DNA of 64,000 nucleotides from Sedimentisphaerales bacterium (GTDB taxonomy: Bacteria > Planctomycetota > Phycisphaerae > Sedimentisphaerales > SM23-30). How positions within the stretch are numbered: position 1 is the first letter of the stretch; each line of letters begins with the position of its first letter. The notes under the pieces are model-generated. The model made no database searches. It saw only the letters and a list, made by a program, of their open reading frames with translations, and was not told the DNA's origin. The stretch spans positions 1 through 64,000 of the forward strand of contig CAXXMR010000015.1 in NCBI GenBank assembly GCA_963663805.2. Direction: 5' to 3'. This document shows positions 10,036-19,524 of the stretch, one piece after another. Made by a program: the position numbers and the translations under genes.

Positions 10036-10562
10036 GGTATGCTAATCTAGCCAACTATCCCAAACCCATCGCCGAAGCGGGCATGTACTTCTCCCAGGCT
10101 ATCGTGTGGGATAAGCTGCATCCGGTACTCACCCGCAAGGACATGATGGGTGCATTTGAAATTGCCTTCTACGGCTGGCTGCCCTCGAAATCTGTCAAGG
10201 GTGGTCACAAGTTTTACGGCCCTAACAATGCCACCGATCTCTGGCATGTCAAAAAAGTCAACCCTCAGGCCATGGTGCATTTAACGGAGAAACCGACGTC
10301 GCTGGCGGTGCGGGCCATTCAGTATTCCTCCAAGCCTGGTGAGAATGTCCTGGATTTATTCGGCGGCAGCGGCTCGACGCTGATCGGTTGTGAACAGACC
10401 GGACGGCGGGCGTTCCTGATGGAGCTGGACCAGGCCTATTGTGACATAATAGTTCAGAGGTACGAGGAGTTCTCCGGTAAAAAGGCCGAGCGTATCGCGG
10501 CAGAGGATGCCACGCAGACTACCCCGGCCGCGGCCGAGGCAGTCGAGGAGGTGAAAATATGA
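10036..10562 (+). CDS. DNA methyltransferase, exon 2
   Basis: HLTEKP, VLDLFGGSGSTL, MELD..YCDIIVQR. Confidence 0.9.
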
Positions 10563-10570
10563 GAAGGGTT

Positions 10571-11074
10571 TTAGGATTTATCAGCGAGGGCGAACTTGCC
10601 GCGCTCGGCTTTGACAAAGCGGGACGCCGAGCCCTTGATTTTTATCTCTCTGAGGATAGAGGAGTAGAGGGTATTGGCGGGAGTCTTGCCGGAGCCGGGC
10701 TGCCAGACTTTGGCGTCGAGGGCTTTCTCGATAATCTCTCGGCAGCTCAGCGGCCTCTCGCAGGCCTCGAGCACGATGGCGGCAGCGTTGAGCAGCGACA
10801 TGGGTTTGCGTTTGGTGTCATTCGCGCCAGGTTCGCCCGTGTCGGCAGTTTTGGGGGCGGTGGTATTCTGGGCCGTCTTCTTAACTTTGACGGCAGGTGC
10901 GGCGACAAGTTCTCTCAGGCGCTGGGCACTCTTAATCCTAATGATTTTGCCGGTCTTGAGACTCTTGCCCTCCCAGCCACCGTTGGGATGTTCGTTTGTA
11001 ATTTCAACCTGGGCGAGATTGTTGGCGACCTTGACCAGATAGACGGCGTGGATTTCTACTTCGTTTTTCGGCAT
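10571..11074 (-). CDS. HARE-HTH-like winged-helix protein
   Basis: SLLNAAAIVL..GKTPANTLYSSILREI..RFVK..RGKF. Confidence 0.75.
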   Translation of the reverse strand: MPKNEVEIHAVYLVKVANNLAQVEITNEHPNGGWEGKSLKTGKIIRIKSAQRLRELVAAPAVKVKKTAQNTTAPKTADTGEPGANDTKRKPMSLLNAAAIVLEACERPLSCREIIEKALDAKVWQPGSGKTPANTLYSSILREIKIKGSASRFVKAERGKFALADKS

Positions 11075-11077
11075 GGT

Positions 11078-11272
11078 TCAGTTTCCTTTCCGGCGTGTGC
11101 GTCGCGCCGTTGCGGAGCCGGCATCGAAGGCCCGCTCCATAATGGTTTGGATTTCCCAGACTGCCAGGCTGTGGAAGTCTTCTTCGTCACAGTGACGGGG
11201 CTCCAGAGTCGTAATTTCCAGTTCCTCGCGAACGATACGTTCGAAGAGGCGATACATTTGCGTGAGGTCCAT
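11078..11272 (-). CDS. DUF6900-like small protein
   Basis: TLEPRHCDEEDFHSLAVW..AFDAG. Confidence 0.65.
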   Translation of the reverse strand: MDLTQMYRLFERIVREELEITTLEPRHCDEEDFHSLAVWEIQTIMERAFDAGSATARRTRRKGN

Positions 11273-11293
11273 TGCGTATTTCTCCCTTCGTTT

Positions 11294-11566
11294 TCAGTCG
11301 GCCAGCATCTGCAGCTGGCGGTAGTAATCGTGTATCATGGAGTTGGTACCCGCGTGCCCGTCGAGGTGTTTCTGCAGCTTGAGGGCGAGGTTCCAGATTT
11401 CCTTTTCATCGTTAGCGAACGCCCGGTGTTCCTGTTCACCATCACAGCTGAGCAGCAGCAGACAGATATCTTTGTTGCCGGGGACGCGGCTGATAGTGGC
11501 GAAGGTGGCGGGCAGGTATTGGCCTTTCTTGGTGAATCCGGCGAATTTAATTTCCATAATTTCCAT
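11294..11566 (-). CDS. Hypothetical protein
   Basis: AAAGGA RBS; tightly packed in the reverse cassette. Confidence 0.6.
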   Translation of the reverse strand: MEIMEIKFAGFTKKGQYLPATFATISRVPGNKDICLLLLSCDGEQEHRAFANDEKEIWNLALKLQKHLDGHAGTNSMIHDYYRQLQMLAD

Positions 11567-11584
11567 GTTAATTTGTCCTTTCTG

Positions 11585-11854
11585 TTAGCAGTAGCCATTC
11601 TCTTGGGCGATGAAGTTATAGAGCCGGCGGGGCACCTGGTCGCGGACCAGGGTGTCGAGGTTTTCCAGGGTGTCCCAGGCGGCGTGGAATTGTTGTTTGC
11701 GGAGGTGCCGGAGTACCTTACGCAGGTCGCCGGCATCCATCGCGAACATCTCGGCGAGTTCGGGGTCCGTTTCCCGTTTTCCCTCGTTCTCCCAGCGGGT
11801 AATCTGGTTTTCGAATCGCTTCAGGTCGTGTGTGAAGTTGGGGTAGGTTTTCAT
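11585..11854 (-). CDS. Hypothetical protein
   Basis: Packed ORF in the reverse cassette. Confidence 0.6.
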   Translation of the reverse strand: MKTYPNFTHDLKRFENQITRWENEGKRETDPELAEMFAMDAGDLRKVLRHLRKQQFHAAWDTLENLDTLVRDQVPRRLYNFIAQENGYC

Positions 11855-11872
11855 GGTCTGGTTTTTCTTTCT

Positions 11873-12046
11873 TTATTTGGTGGTGAAGAAGGGGTTATTA
11901 GCGTGGCTTTGCGGCCCGTGGCCCTGTTCGCGGTCGCGGTCCCAGATGGCCCGGATTTCGTCGTCGTCGTAACCCCTTTCCCGAAGGTATTCATAGTCGG
12001 CGGGATGGTAGTTGGGGTAGTCTGTCATCTTTCCGTTGGTTTTCAT
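11873..12046 (-). CDS. 57-aa hypothetical protein (below the ORF-track cutoff)
   Basis: MKTNGKMTDYPNYHPADYEYLRERGYDDDEIRAIW..; AAAGGA RBS. Confidence 0.55.
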   Translation of the reverse strand: MKTNGKMTDYPNYHPADYEYLRERGYDDDEIRAIWDRDREQGHGPQSHANNPFFTTK

Positions 12047-12174
12047 TATAATTCCTTTCTGGTAAATGGTTTACATTCAATTTCTACATTAACATTACCA
12101 TGCTTTTTCCCCTTAATCCAGTCGATTAAGGCATTAAATTTGATAATTCTTAACAATTCTGGGCGAGCCTGATT

Positions 12175-12363
12175 ATGAGCGACAAAACTATCAAAATTAC
12201 CGCCTTGACGGTGGCGCAAATGGCTAAATTATTGAGCAATTCCGCGCAAAAAAAGATCACCGAAGATGATATCCGGCAGATTGCCGCAAATGCGGGACTC
12301 CTGCGGGCGGATGATACCATTAATCTCTTGGAATATACGGCCTTTCTGGCCGGGGAAGTGTAA
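12175..12363 (+). CDS. Small protein preceding the terminase
   Basis: Abuts terminase ATG; TINLLEYTAFL resembles the terminase N-terminal TINLFQYAGYL. Confidence 0.65.
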   Translation: MSDKTIKITALTVAQMAKLLSNSAQKKITEDDIRQIAANAGLLRADDTINLLEYTAFLAGEV

Positions 12364-14622
12364 ATGTCGGTAATTAATCCTGCAAAACTACGGCAAGCGG
12401 AGCTGGTCCGGCTGTTGAATTCGGCCGGACGCGGTGAGGTCATCAATGAACAGAAGCTCCGCCGGCAGCGGATGAAGGCCGGCTATACCATCGGGGATGC
12501 CCGCACGATCAATCTCTTCCAGTATGCCGGCTATCTCACCCGGGAATACCTCAAGCCCGCCAAGGAAAAACCCACTTACGATGACCTGCGTGAGGCGGCC
12601 CGGCTGCGTAATGCCGAACTGGCCCGGCTGGGTCAGGATATCGGGGAATTACCGGCAGTGGTTAACCCCGAGAGGAAAGCGGCAGCCTTGGCGGATTTCA
12701 AAACTTTTTGTGAAGGGTATTTCCCCGAGGTGTTTTATCTGGCCTGGTCCCAGGATCACCACCGGGTCATCGAAAAAATCGAGCAGGCGGTACTCAAGGG
12801 CGGTTTGTTCGCTTTGGCTATGCCGCGGGGCAGCGGTAAGACGGTGCTCATGCAGATGGCGTGTTTATGGTCGGCACTCTCGGGTGCCACCGAGTATGTC
12901 TGCCTGATCGCCGCCAGTGCCGAGCGGGCCAAGGACCTCCTCGAAAACATCAAGATCTGGCTGGAGACGAACGAGTTACTGGCCGAGGATTTTCCCGAGG
13001 TGACCTTTCCCATCCGGGCCCTGGAGCGGATCACTAATCGTCAGAAGGGCCAGAAGTATAACGGCCAGCCGACGCGCATCGAATGGGCGGCCGACAAGAT
13101 TGTTTTGCCCACCATTCCCGATTTCCAGACTTCCGGGATTGTCATCTCCTGTTCGGGGATGAAGGGCTCGGATATTCGGGGCCAGAATCACGCCCGCGCT
13201 GATGGCAAGGTGGTTAGGCCCCAGCTGGTAATGGTGGATGACCCCCAGACGACAGAATCGGCCTGGTCACCTTCCCAGAGTCAAAGGCGTGAGGCGATAC
13301 TGGCCGGTGATGTCCTGGGTATGGCCGGGCCGGGTAAGAAAATCTCCGGTCTAATGGCTTGTACGGTGATTCGGCCCGGTGATATGGCAGATAACATCCT
13401 CGATCGCGATAAACATCCTGAATGGCAGGGCCAGCGAACGCGGATGGTGTATGCCTTCCCGCAAAATGAAAAACTCTGGGCCAGGTATGCCGAGATGCGG
13501 GCTGATTCCCTGCGTAATGACGGCGACGGCAGTGAGGCCACCGAGTTTTATCGTCAGCATCGCATAGAAATGGACGCCGGCGCAATAGTCGCCTGGCCCC
13601 AGCGGCATAACACCGATGAACTCTCGGCTATTCAGCATGCCATGAACCTTAAATTTCGCGATGAGGCGGCGTTTTATGCCGAGTATCAGAACGAACCCCT
13701 GGTGGAAACCGAAGGTGAAGAGCTGATCTCGGCGACGGACATCGCCGCCAAGCTCAACGGTTATCAGCGTAATGTCCTGCCGCTGGGCTGTAATTATCTG
13801 ACCATGTTCATCGATGTACAGCAGAAGGCGTTGTTCTGGTTATTATGTGGCTGGGAAGAGAATTTCACCGGTTATATCCTCGATTACGGCTGCTGGCCGG
13901 AACAAAAACGTAATTATTTTACCCTGCGGGATATCCGCCAAACTCTGCAACAGGCCAAACCCCGAGCCGGTCTGGAAGGGGCAATTTATCATGCGTTGGA
14001 GCAGCTCACTGCCGAGCGACTCGCTCGCAGTTATTTCCGTGAAGATGGTTTAGAAATGAAAATAGACCGCTGTCTTATTGATGCCAACTGGGGTCAGTCT
14101 ACCGAGGTGGTCTATCAGTTTTGTCGGCAGACGCATTTCAAGGGTATAGTGGCGCCCTCGCACGGTAAATATGTGGGCGCCTCCAGTATCCCCTTTAGCG
14201 AATACCGGCGTAAACGGGGTGATCGCGTCGGCCTGCATTGGCGGATGCCCAATACCGCCGGTAAACGCGCGGTGCGCCATGTCCTGATCGACACCAATTA
14301 CTGGAAGAGTTTTGTGCAGGCCAGACTGGCGGTGGCCATGGGTGACCCGGGTTGTTTATCACTTTTCGGTCGGGATGAAAAACAGCATCAGCTCCTGGCC
14401 GAGCATCTCACCGCCGAGTACCGCGTCAAGACCGCCGCCCGGGAGCGTATCGTCGATGAATGGAAACTCCGCAGCAGTCGCCCGGATAATCACTGGCTGG
14501 ACTGCCTGGTGGGCTGTGCGGTGGCCGCTTCCCTGCAGGGTGCGGTATTAGCGGGCACCGATCAGAAGGCACTGCCGAGGCGCCAGAAACTAAAACTTTC
14601 GGAACTGCAAAGGAGCCGCTGA
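12364..14622 (+). CDS. Terminase large subunit, GpA-type
   Basis: MPRGSGKT Walker A, MVDDPQT Walker B, FIDVQ, LIDANWG, NHWLDC nuclease motifs. Confidence 0.9.
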   Translation: MSVINPAKLRQAELVRLLNSAGRGEVINEQKLRRQRMKAGYTIGDARTINLFQYAGYLTREYLKPAKEKPTYDDLREAARLRNAELARLGQDIGELPAVVNPERKAAALADFKTFCEGYFPEVFYLAWSQDHHRVIEKIEQAVLKGGLFALAMPRGSGKTVLMQMACLWSALSGATEYVCLIAASAERAKDLLENIKIWLETNELLAEDFPEVTFPIRALERITNRQKGQKYNGQPTRIEWAADKIVLPTIPDFQTSGIVISCSGMKGSDIRGQNHARADGKVVRPQLVMVDDPQTTESAWSPSQSQRREAILAGDVLGMAGPGKKISGLMACTVIRPGDMADNILDRDKHPEWQGQRTRMVYAFPQNEKLWARYAEMRADSLRNDGDGSEATEFYRQHRIEMDAGAIVAWPQRHNTDELSAIQHAMNLKFRDEAAFYAEYQNEPLVETEGEELISATDIAAKLNGYQRNVLPLGCNYLTMFIDVQQKALFWLLCGWEENFTGYILDYGCWPEQKRNYFTLRDIRQTLQQAKPRAGLEGAIYHALEQLTAERLARSYFREDGLEMKIDRCLIDANWGQSTEVVYQFCRQTHFKGIVAPSHGKYVGASSIPFSEYRRKRGDRVGLHWRMPNTAGKRAVRHVLIDTNYWKSFVQARLAVAMGDPGCLSLFGRDEKQHQLLAEHLTAEYRVKTAARERIVDEWKLRSSRPDNHWLDCLVGCAVAASLQGAVLAGTDQKALPRRQKLKLSELQRSR

Positions 14623-14626
14623 ATAT

Positions 14627-14797
14627 ATGAACCAGTCAAATCAAAAATTGCCAGTTGGCCTGCACTGTCCGCGTTGTGGCTGTCAGCATTTTCGGGTGTT
14701 ATATACCCGGGCCAAGCCCGGCGGCCGATTGCTGCGTCGGCGGGAATGCCGCTATTGCGGCCGGCGCTTTACCACCTCCGAACACGTGGTCGGTTAA
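14627..14797 (+). CDS. Zn-ribbon protein (NrdR-N/Ogr-like), 56 aa
   Basis: CPRCG..RRRECRYCGRRFTT read from the sequence. Confidence 0.75.
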   Translation: MNQSNQKLPVGLHCPRCGCQHFRVLYTRAKPGGRLLRRRECRYCGRRFTTSEHVVG

Positions 14798-15013
14798 GGG
14801 GGGGTTCTAGATACGTAACTTTTTTTCGTGAAGGCAGCTGAACCGGTAACAGATTTTCGCGGTTCTGGTTATATATATAACAGCGGCAGAGAGCCTCTGG
14901 CGGCAAATCCTGATTTTGGAGAGGCCCGACGGCTAAAAAAAATTCCCATTTTTAGCGCGACAAAAACGGCTCGACTGCAGATATAGCAGGTGGAAAGGCC
15001 AGGGATATTATTT

Positions 15014-15214
15014 ATGACAGAAACATCGATTCAACAGAGCATCGAAGACAACGCCAACGGCCCACGGAAAGCCAGCGGTTACTCGGGCAGTGTCGAGCAG
15101 CACTCACTGCCCGATCAGATCGCCGCGGATAAATTCCTGGAATCAAAAAAGGCTGTGGCAAAACAAGGTTTGGGTTTGAAGTTCAATAAATTATCGCCGG
15201 GAGGCACCGTTTAA
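15014..15214 (+). CDS. Small head-completion-like protein
   Basis: Lies between terminase and portal; SVEQHSLPDQIAADKFL. Confidence 0.55.
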   Translation: MTETSIQQSIEDNANGPRKASGYSGSVEQHSLPDQIAADKFLESKKAVAKQGLGLKFNKLSPGGTV

Positions 15215-16135
15215 TGTGGCCCTTTAATCGTAAAAATACCATTCAGCCCCCCTACCCTATCCCGGTTCGCTTGCGGGCTCGCTACGACGCCGCGCAGACC
15301 ACCGCCGAGAATGCCCGGCACTGGGCCATGGCCGATGCGCTCTCCGCCGATGCGGCGGCGAACCCGGAGGTCCGCGGTAAACTTCGCCAGCGCAGCCGCT
15401 ACGAGGTCGCCAATAACTCTTATGCCAAGGGTATAATTTTGACTCTCGCGAATGACTGTGTCGGCACCGGCCCGCGTCTGCAGGTTTTAACCGGCGATAA
15501 CAACCTCAACCGTCAGGTAGAGACGGCCTTTATGAGCTGGGCCCACGATATCGAACTGGCGGCCAAACTGCGCACGCTGCGGATGGCCAAGGCCACCGAC
15601 GGGGAGGGTTTCGCGGTGCTGACAGCAAACCACAGACTCAATGGCCCGGTCAAGCTGGATATTCATTTGGTGGAAGCTGACCGGGTGACCCTGCCCTGGC
15701 GCTATGCAGCGATGGATAATAATGTCGATGGTATCGAGCTGGATCATTTCGGTAACCCATCCGCTTATTATATCCTGCGTTATCATCCCGGCGAGTTGCA
15801 GTTTCAGCTTGATGATGCCCAGAGAATTGCCGCCGAGGCGGTAGTACACTGGTTCCGTAAGGACCGGCCCGGTCAGCATCGGGGTATCCCGGAAGTTACG
15901 CCCGCCCTGCCGCTGTTTGCTCAGTTGCGTCGTTATACGCTGGCGGTTCTGGGGGCCGCCGAGACGGCCGCGGATTTTGCGGCGGTACTTTATACCGACG
16001 CTCCCGCTAACGGGGAAGCTGCTTCGGTAGAACCGATGGATATCGTCGAGCTGGAAAAACGCATGGCCACCACGCTGCCGGACGGCTGGAAGCTGGGCCA
16101 GATCAAGGCCGAACAGCCCGGCACCACCTACAGCG
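15214..16135 (+). pseudogene. Lambda-family portal protein, truncated by IS21
   Basis: YDAA, LRQRSR..NNSYA, DGE, DGIELD..G.P..Y, RPGQHRG; breaks at the IS21 inverted repeat. Confidence 0.9.
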
Positions 16136-16271
16136 TGGTGATTAGCATTGAAAATGGAGCCAGATTTGCGGGTTTTCTCTTCTGAAAAAGCATCGAAAAA
16201 GGAGCCACTGTAAAAGGCCGATAAGATGTGTTTAAGATACGTAACATTTTAGACACAGGAGGCTTAGAAAG

Positions 16272-17759
16272 GTGCTTACAGTGGAGCATTATGAGATTAT
16301 CAGACGTAAAGTTCGTGATGGGATATCGCAACGTGAGGTTGCCCTGGAGCTGGGGCATTCGCGTAACACGGTGGCCAAGGCCCTGAAAAATCCGATTCCG
16401 CCGGGCTATCGGCTCAGTCAGCCGCGGGTCAAGGCTGTCATGGATCCCTTCGCGCACATTATTGACACCTGGCTGGAATCTGACAAAAAGGTTCGGCGTA
16501 AGCAGCGGATGCAGGCGACCAAAATGTATCAGCGGCTTTGTGACGAGTATGGTTTCACCGGCCATTACAGCACTGTCCAGCGGTATATCAAGGAGGCGAG
16601 TAATCGCCAAAAAGAAGCTTACCTGCCGTTAGCGTTTGAGTTTGGCGAAGAAGCCCAGGTTGACTGGCATGAAGCTAACATTAAAGAAAACGGCAGGGAG
16701 AAGAAGGTCTACGTTTTTTGCATGAAGCTGTGCTGTTCTAAGGCTCCTTTTGTTTGTGCTTACGAGAGCATGAAGATCGAATGTTTTCTTGACGGCCATG
16801 TCCGGGCGTTTGAATATTTCGGCGGCGTGCCCAAACGCATTGCTTACGACAATTTAAAAACTGCGGTTCTAAAGGTTCTCAAAAAAGGCAAGCGTCGGCT
16901 CAACCGCAAATTCGTAGAGCTTAAGAGTTGGTATTTGTTTGACACTCGTTTTTGCAATGTCGCTAAAGGTAATGAAAAAGGCGATGTCGAGAATCTCGCC
17001 AAGCGAAGTGAAAGGCAGTTCTTCTCTCCGGTTCCGAGAGTTACCGATATGGCTCAGCTGAATGAGATGCTGATTGCTCAGTGTATCAAAGAACTGGATC
17101 GCCAGGGCCCTGCACCTCATACGAATAAAACCATTGGCGATTTATTTGCGGAAGAGAAAACACATTTATACGAACTGCCTGAGCAGAAGTTTGAAGCCTG
17201 TCGTCGAATATCCACCTTTGCGGACAAACAGCTTACAGTACGGGTTGATACTAACCGGTATTCGGTGCCGACGGAGTATGCCTATCAATCTTGCCAGGTC
17301 AAGGTATTCGTTGACCGGGTTGACCTGTTCTATAAAAATGAGCTGGTTGCCTCGCATTCCAGATGTTACGATAAAGACCAGTATATCCTGGATCCGCTGC
17401 ATTATATCAAACTTTTAGAGCGTAAGCCCGGTTCGCTGGATAATGCTCGGCCATTCAAGGGCCAGCCCTGGGGCGAAGATTTCACCTTGATGCGAACAGA
17501 GCTTGAATATCGATACGGCAGTGAAGGGACCGGTAAATACATCAACATCCTGCTGCTCTTTATCAGGCATCCGCAAAAAGAAGTTGAACATGCCGTTGGT
17601 GTTTGTGTCAAGTGCCGGGCGTTCAGCGATGAAGCGGTGGAAAGCTTTTTACGTAACGGCTCACAATTGAACCTTGCCGGCAATCAAGTCCTGGTAAACC
17701 AAGGCGATGGCAAACGCAATCTCGATGTTTATAACCAGTTGGCCGGGGAGGTAGCATGA
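16272..17759 (+). CDS. istA: IS21 transposase
   Basis: HTH; AQVDW, YDNLK, EKGDVE DDE triad; NRYSVP. Confidence 0.95.
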   Translation: MLTVEHYEIIRRKVRDGISQREVALELGHSRNTVAKALKNPIPPGYRLSQPRVKAVMDPFAHIIDTWLESDKKVRRKQRMQATKMYQRLCDEYGFTGHYSTVQRYIKEASNRQKEAYLPLAFEFGEEAQVDWHEANIKENGREKKVYVFCMKLCCSKAPFVCAYESMKIECFLDGHVRAFEYFGGVPKRIAYDNLKTAVLKVLKKGKRRLNRKFVELKSWYLFDTRFCNVAKGNEKGDVENLAKRSERQFFSPVPRVTDMAQLNEMLIAQCIKELDRQGPAPHTNKTIGDLFAEEKTHLYELPEQKFEACRRISTFADKQLTVRVDTNRYSVPTEYAYQSCQVKVFVDRVDLFYKNELVASHSRCYDKDQYILDPLHYIKLLERKPGSLDNARPFKGQPWGEDFTLMRTELEYRYGSEGTGKYINILLLFIRHPQKEVEHAVGVCVKCRAFSDEAVESFLRNGSQLNLAGNQVLVNQGDGKRNLDVYNQLAGEVA

Positions 17760-18520
17760 AAGATCCAATGGTTTTATTAAAAAGCTATCTCAAGACCCTG
17801 AAGCTTCCGACAATTCAAAAAGAGTATCAGACAATTGCCCGGGCATCCGCCCAGGCAAACGAATCCTATGAAAGTTACCTGCAAAGACTGGCCGAAATCG
17901 AAGTCTTTCATCGACAGTCGCAGGCCATCGCCAGGAGATTGAAACAGGCAAACTTCCCCATGACTAAGGAACTTGAAAGTTTTGATTTTATGGCCGTGCC
18001 GCAGATAAATAAAAAACAGATTATCGACCTTTCGATGTGCGGCTTTATCGACCGCCGCAGTAATATCGTCTTTACCGGCCCGCCGGGCGTGGGTAAAAGT
18101 CATCTGGCCATCGCCCTCGGCCGGGAAGCCTGCCGACGAGGTTATAAAGTGCGGTTCTTTACCGCTGCTGAACTGGTTAATACGTATCTCGAAGCCCGAC
18201 AGGAAAGAGCGGTGTTGAAATTAGAGAGCTATATAAAAAAATGCGACCTGATCATCATCGATGAACTGGGCTATGTCCCGTTCGACCGTATCGGAGCGGA
18301 ACATCTGTTCGGCTTTTTCAGCCAGTGCTATGAACAAACCAGCCTGATCGTAACAACGAATCTGCCATTCGCCGATTGGCCCCAGGTCTTTGGCGATGAT
18401 GAAAGATTAGCCGGTGCTCTGCTGGACCGACTGACCCACCATGTGAGCGTGGTCGAAATCATAACCGACAGCTGGCGACTTAACCAGAGTTTAGAGAAAA
18501 AACGGAAAAAAGAAGGCTAA
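17756..18520 (+). CDS. istB: IS21 helper ATPase
   Basis: GPPGVGKSHL, LIIIDELGY, LLDRLTHH. Confidence 0.95.
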   Translation: MKDPMVLLKSYLKTLKLPTIQKEYQTIARASAQANESYESYLQRLAEIEVFHRQSQAIARRLKQANFPMTKELESFDFMAVPQINKKQIIDLSMCGFIDRRSNIVFTGPPGVGKSHLAIALGREACRRGYKVRFFTAAELVNTYLEARQERAVLKLESYIKKCDLIIIDELGYVPFDRIGAEHLFGFFSQCYEQTSLIVTTNLPFADWPQVFGDDERLAGALLDRLTHHVSVVEIITDSWRLNQSLEKKRKKEG

Positions 18521-18647
18521 GAAAGCCTCAATCCAACGAAAAAGGACCAGAATCCCTATTGACAACGCCGAAATCGGCGTTATTTTACTAACCTAAGTGG
18601 CTCAGATTTCGATGCAAATCTGGCTCCATTTTCAATACTAATCACCA

Positions 18648-18837
18648 GATAATAATCGCTTTGGTTGGAGTTGTGTGTAGCATGGCTGGTTCAATCTTAA
18701 TTTTCCTTACTTTTGTCCGTGGTAGCTCTCTAGAACAAAACAAAAAAAACGATCTATTCGCAAGGAAAATAGGTTGGGGAGGTTTTTTTTTAGCTTTACT
18801 TGGCTATCTTTTATTGAAATACGGCTCTTCGGAATAA
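18648..18837 (+). pseudogene. 3' part of a 64-aa two-TM membrane protein whose start lies at 44051-44041 (minus strand); candidate Rhs immunity gene
   Basis: Joining across the GATAAT duplication gives the open frame MKIIIALVGVVCSMAGSILIFLTF..LLLKYGSSE*. Confidence 0.7.
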
Positions 18838-19140
18838 TTTGCGGGAGGAATTTAAGTTGGGAGAATTTAATGTCCCCGGTGTAGTTGTCAACCGAACGTG
18901 ATACCGCTTTAACGCGGCTGAAATTTGAAAATCTTGCTCTTTTTCAAGTTCATATGAGTCCAGATTCAGCGTTATGGAAAAACGCTGAACGGAAAATCAT
19001 CAGATTTTTGTGGTAGAGCAAAGTCTTATAAGTGCAAGTCGAATGTCAAAAACAGTTATTCAGAGGAAAGTCTCATAAAATCAGCTTGCAAGATACTGAT
19101 ATCGCCCTGCCGACCGATAACTCCAATTTACTTTGCTCCT

Positions 19141-19440
19141 GCGCTGAGTGCGCAGCTCTTACGCTGCGAGCGTAGCCCTTCCGCTGGCAGCGCAGCTCCT
19201 CCGCTGCGAGCGCAGACATTCCGCCGGCTGCGCAGGCCCTCCGCTGCGAGCGCAGACATTCCGCCGGCTGCGCAGGCCCTCCGCTGCGAGCGCAGCTTTC
19301 CCGCACCGTGCGTAAACTTGCCGCAGAGATCGCAGCCCCTGCGCAGAGTGCGTAGCTCTTCTGCTGCGTGCGCAGGTCTGCCGCTGCCAGCGCAGCTCCA
19401 CTGCTGCGAGCGTAAACATTTTGCTGGATGCGCAGTCCTT
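19141..19440. repeat. Array of 15 degenerate 20-bp units, consensus NCGCWGNNWGCGYAGNNNNT
   Basis: Exact 20-nt phase with no indels; one exact 40-bp duplication (19201-19240 = 19241-19280). Confidence 0.9.
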
Positions 19441-19524
19441 CCGCCGGGAGAATTTAAGACGTACGGTACATTTTTAATCATTCCTACGACACCCTTGACC
19501 GGGTTACCGGTGCTGATTATACTA

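Larger units (their letters stand above)
16136..18647 (+). mobile_element. IS21-family element, copy 1 (2512 bp)
   Basis: TG..CA ends with IR TGGTGATTAG(C/T)ATTGAAAATGGAGCCAGATTTGC; carries istA-istB. Confidence 0.95.

Noticed and set aside
10559..12172. 537-aa plus-strand ORF
   Set aside because: Antisense shadow of five minus-strand genes with RBSs or recognisable motifs; no domain signal of its own
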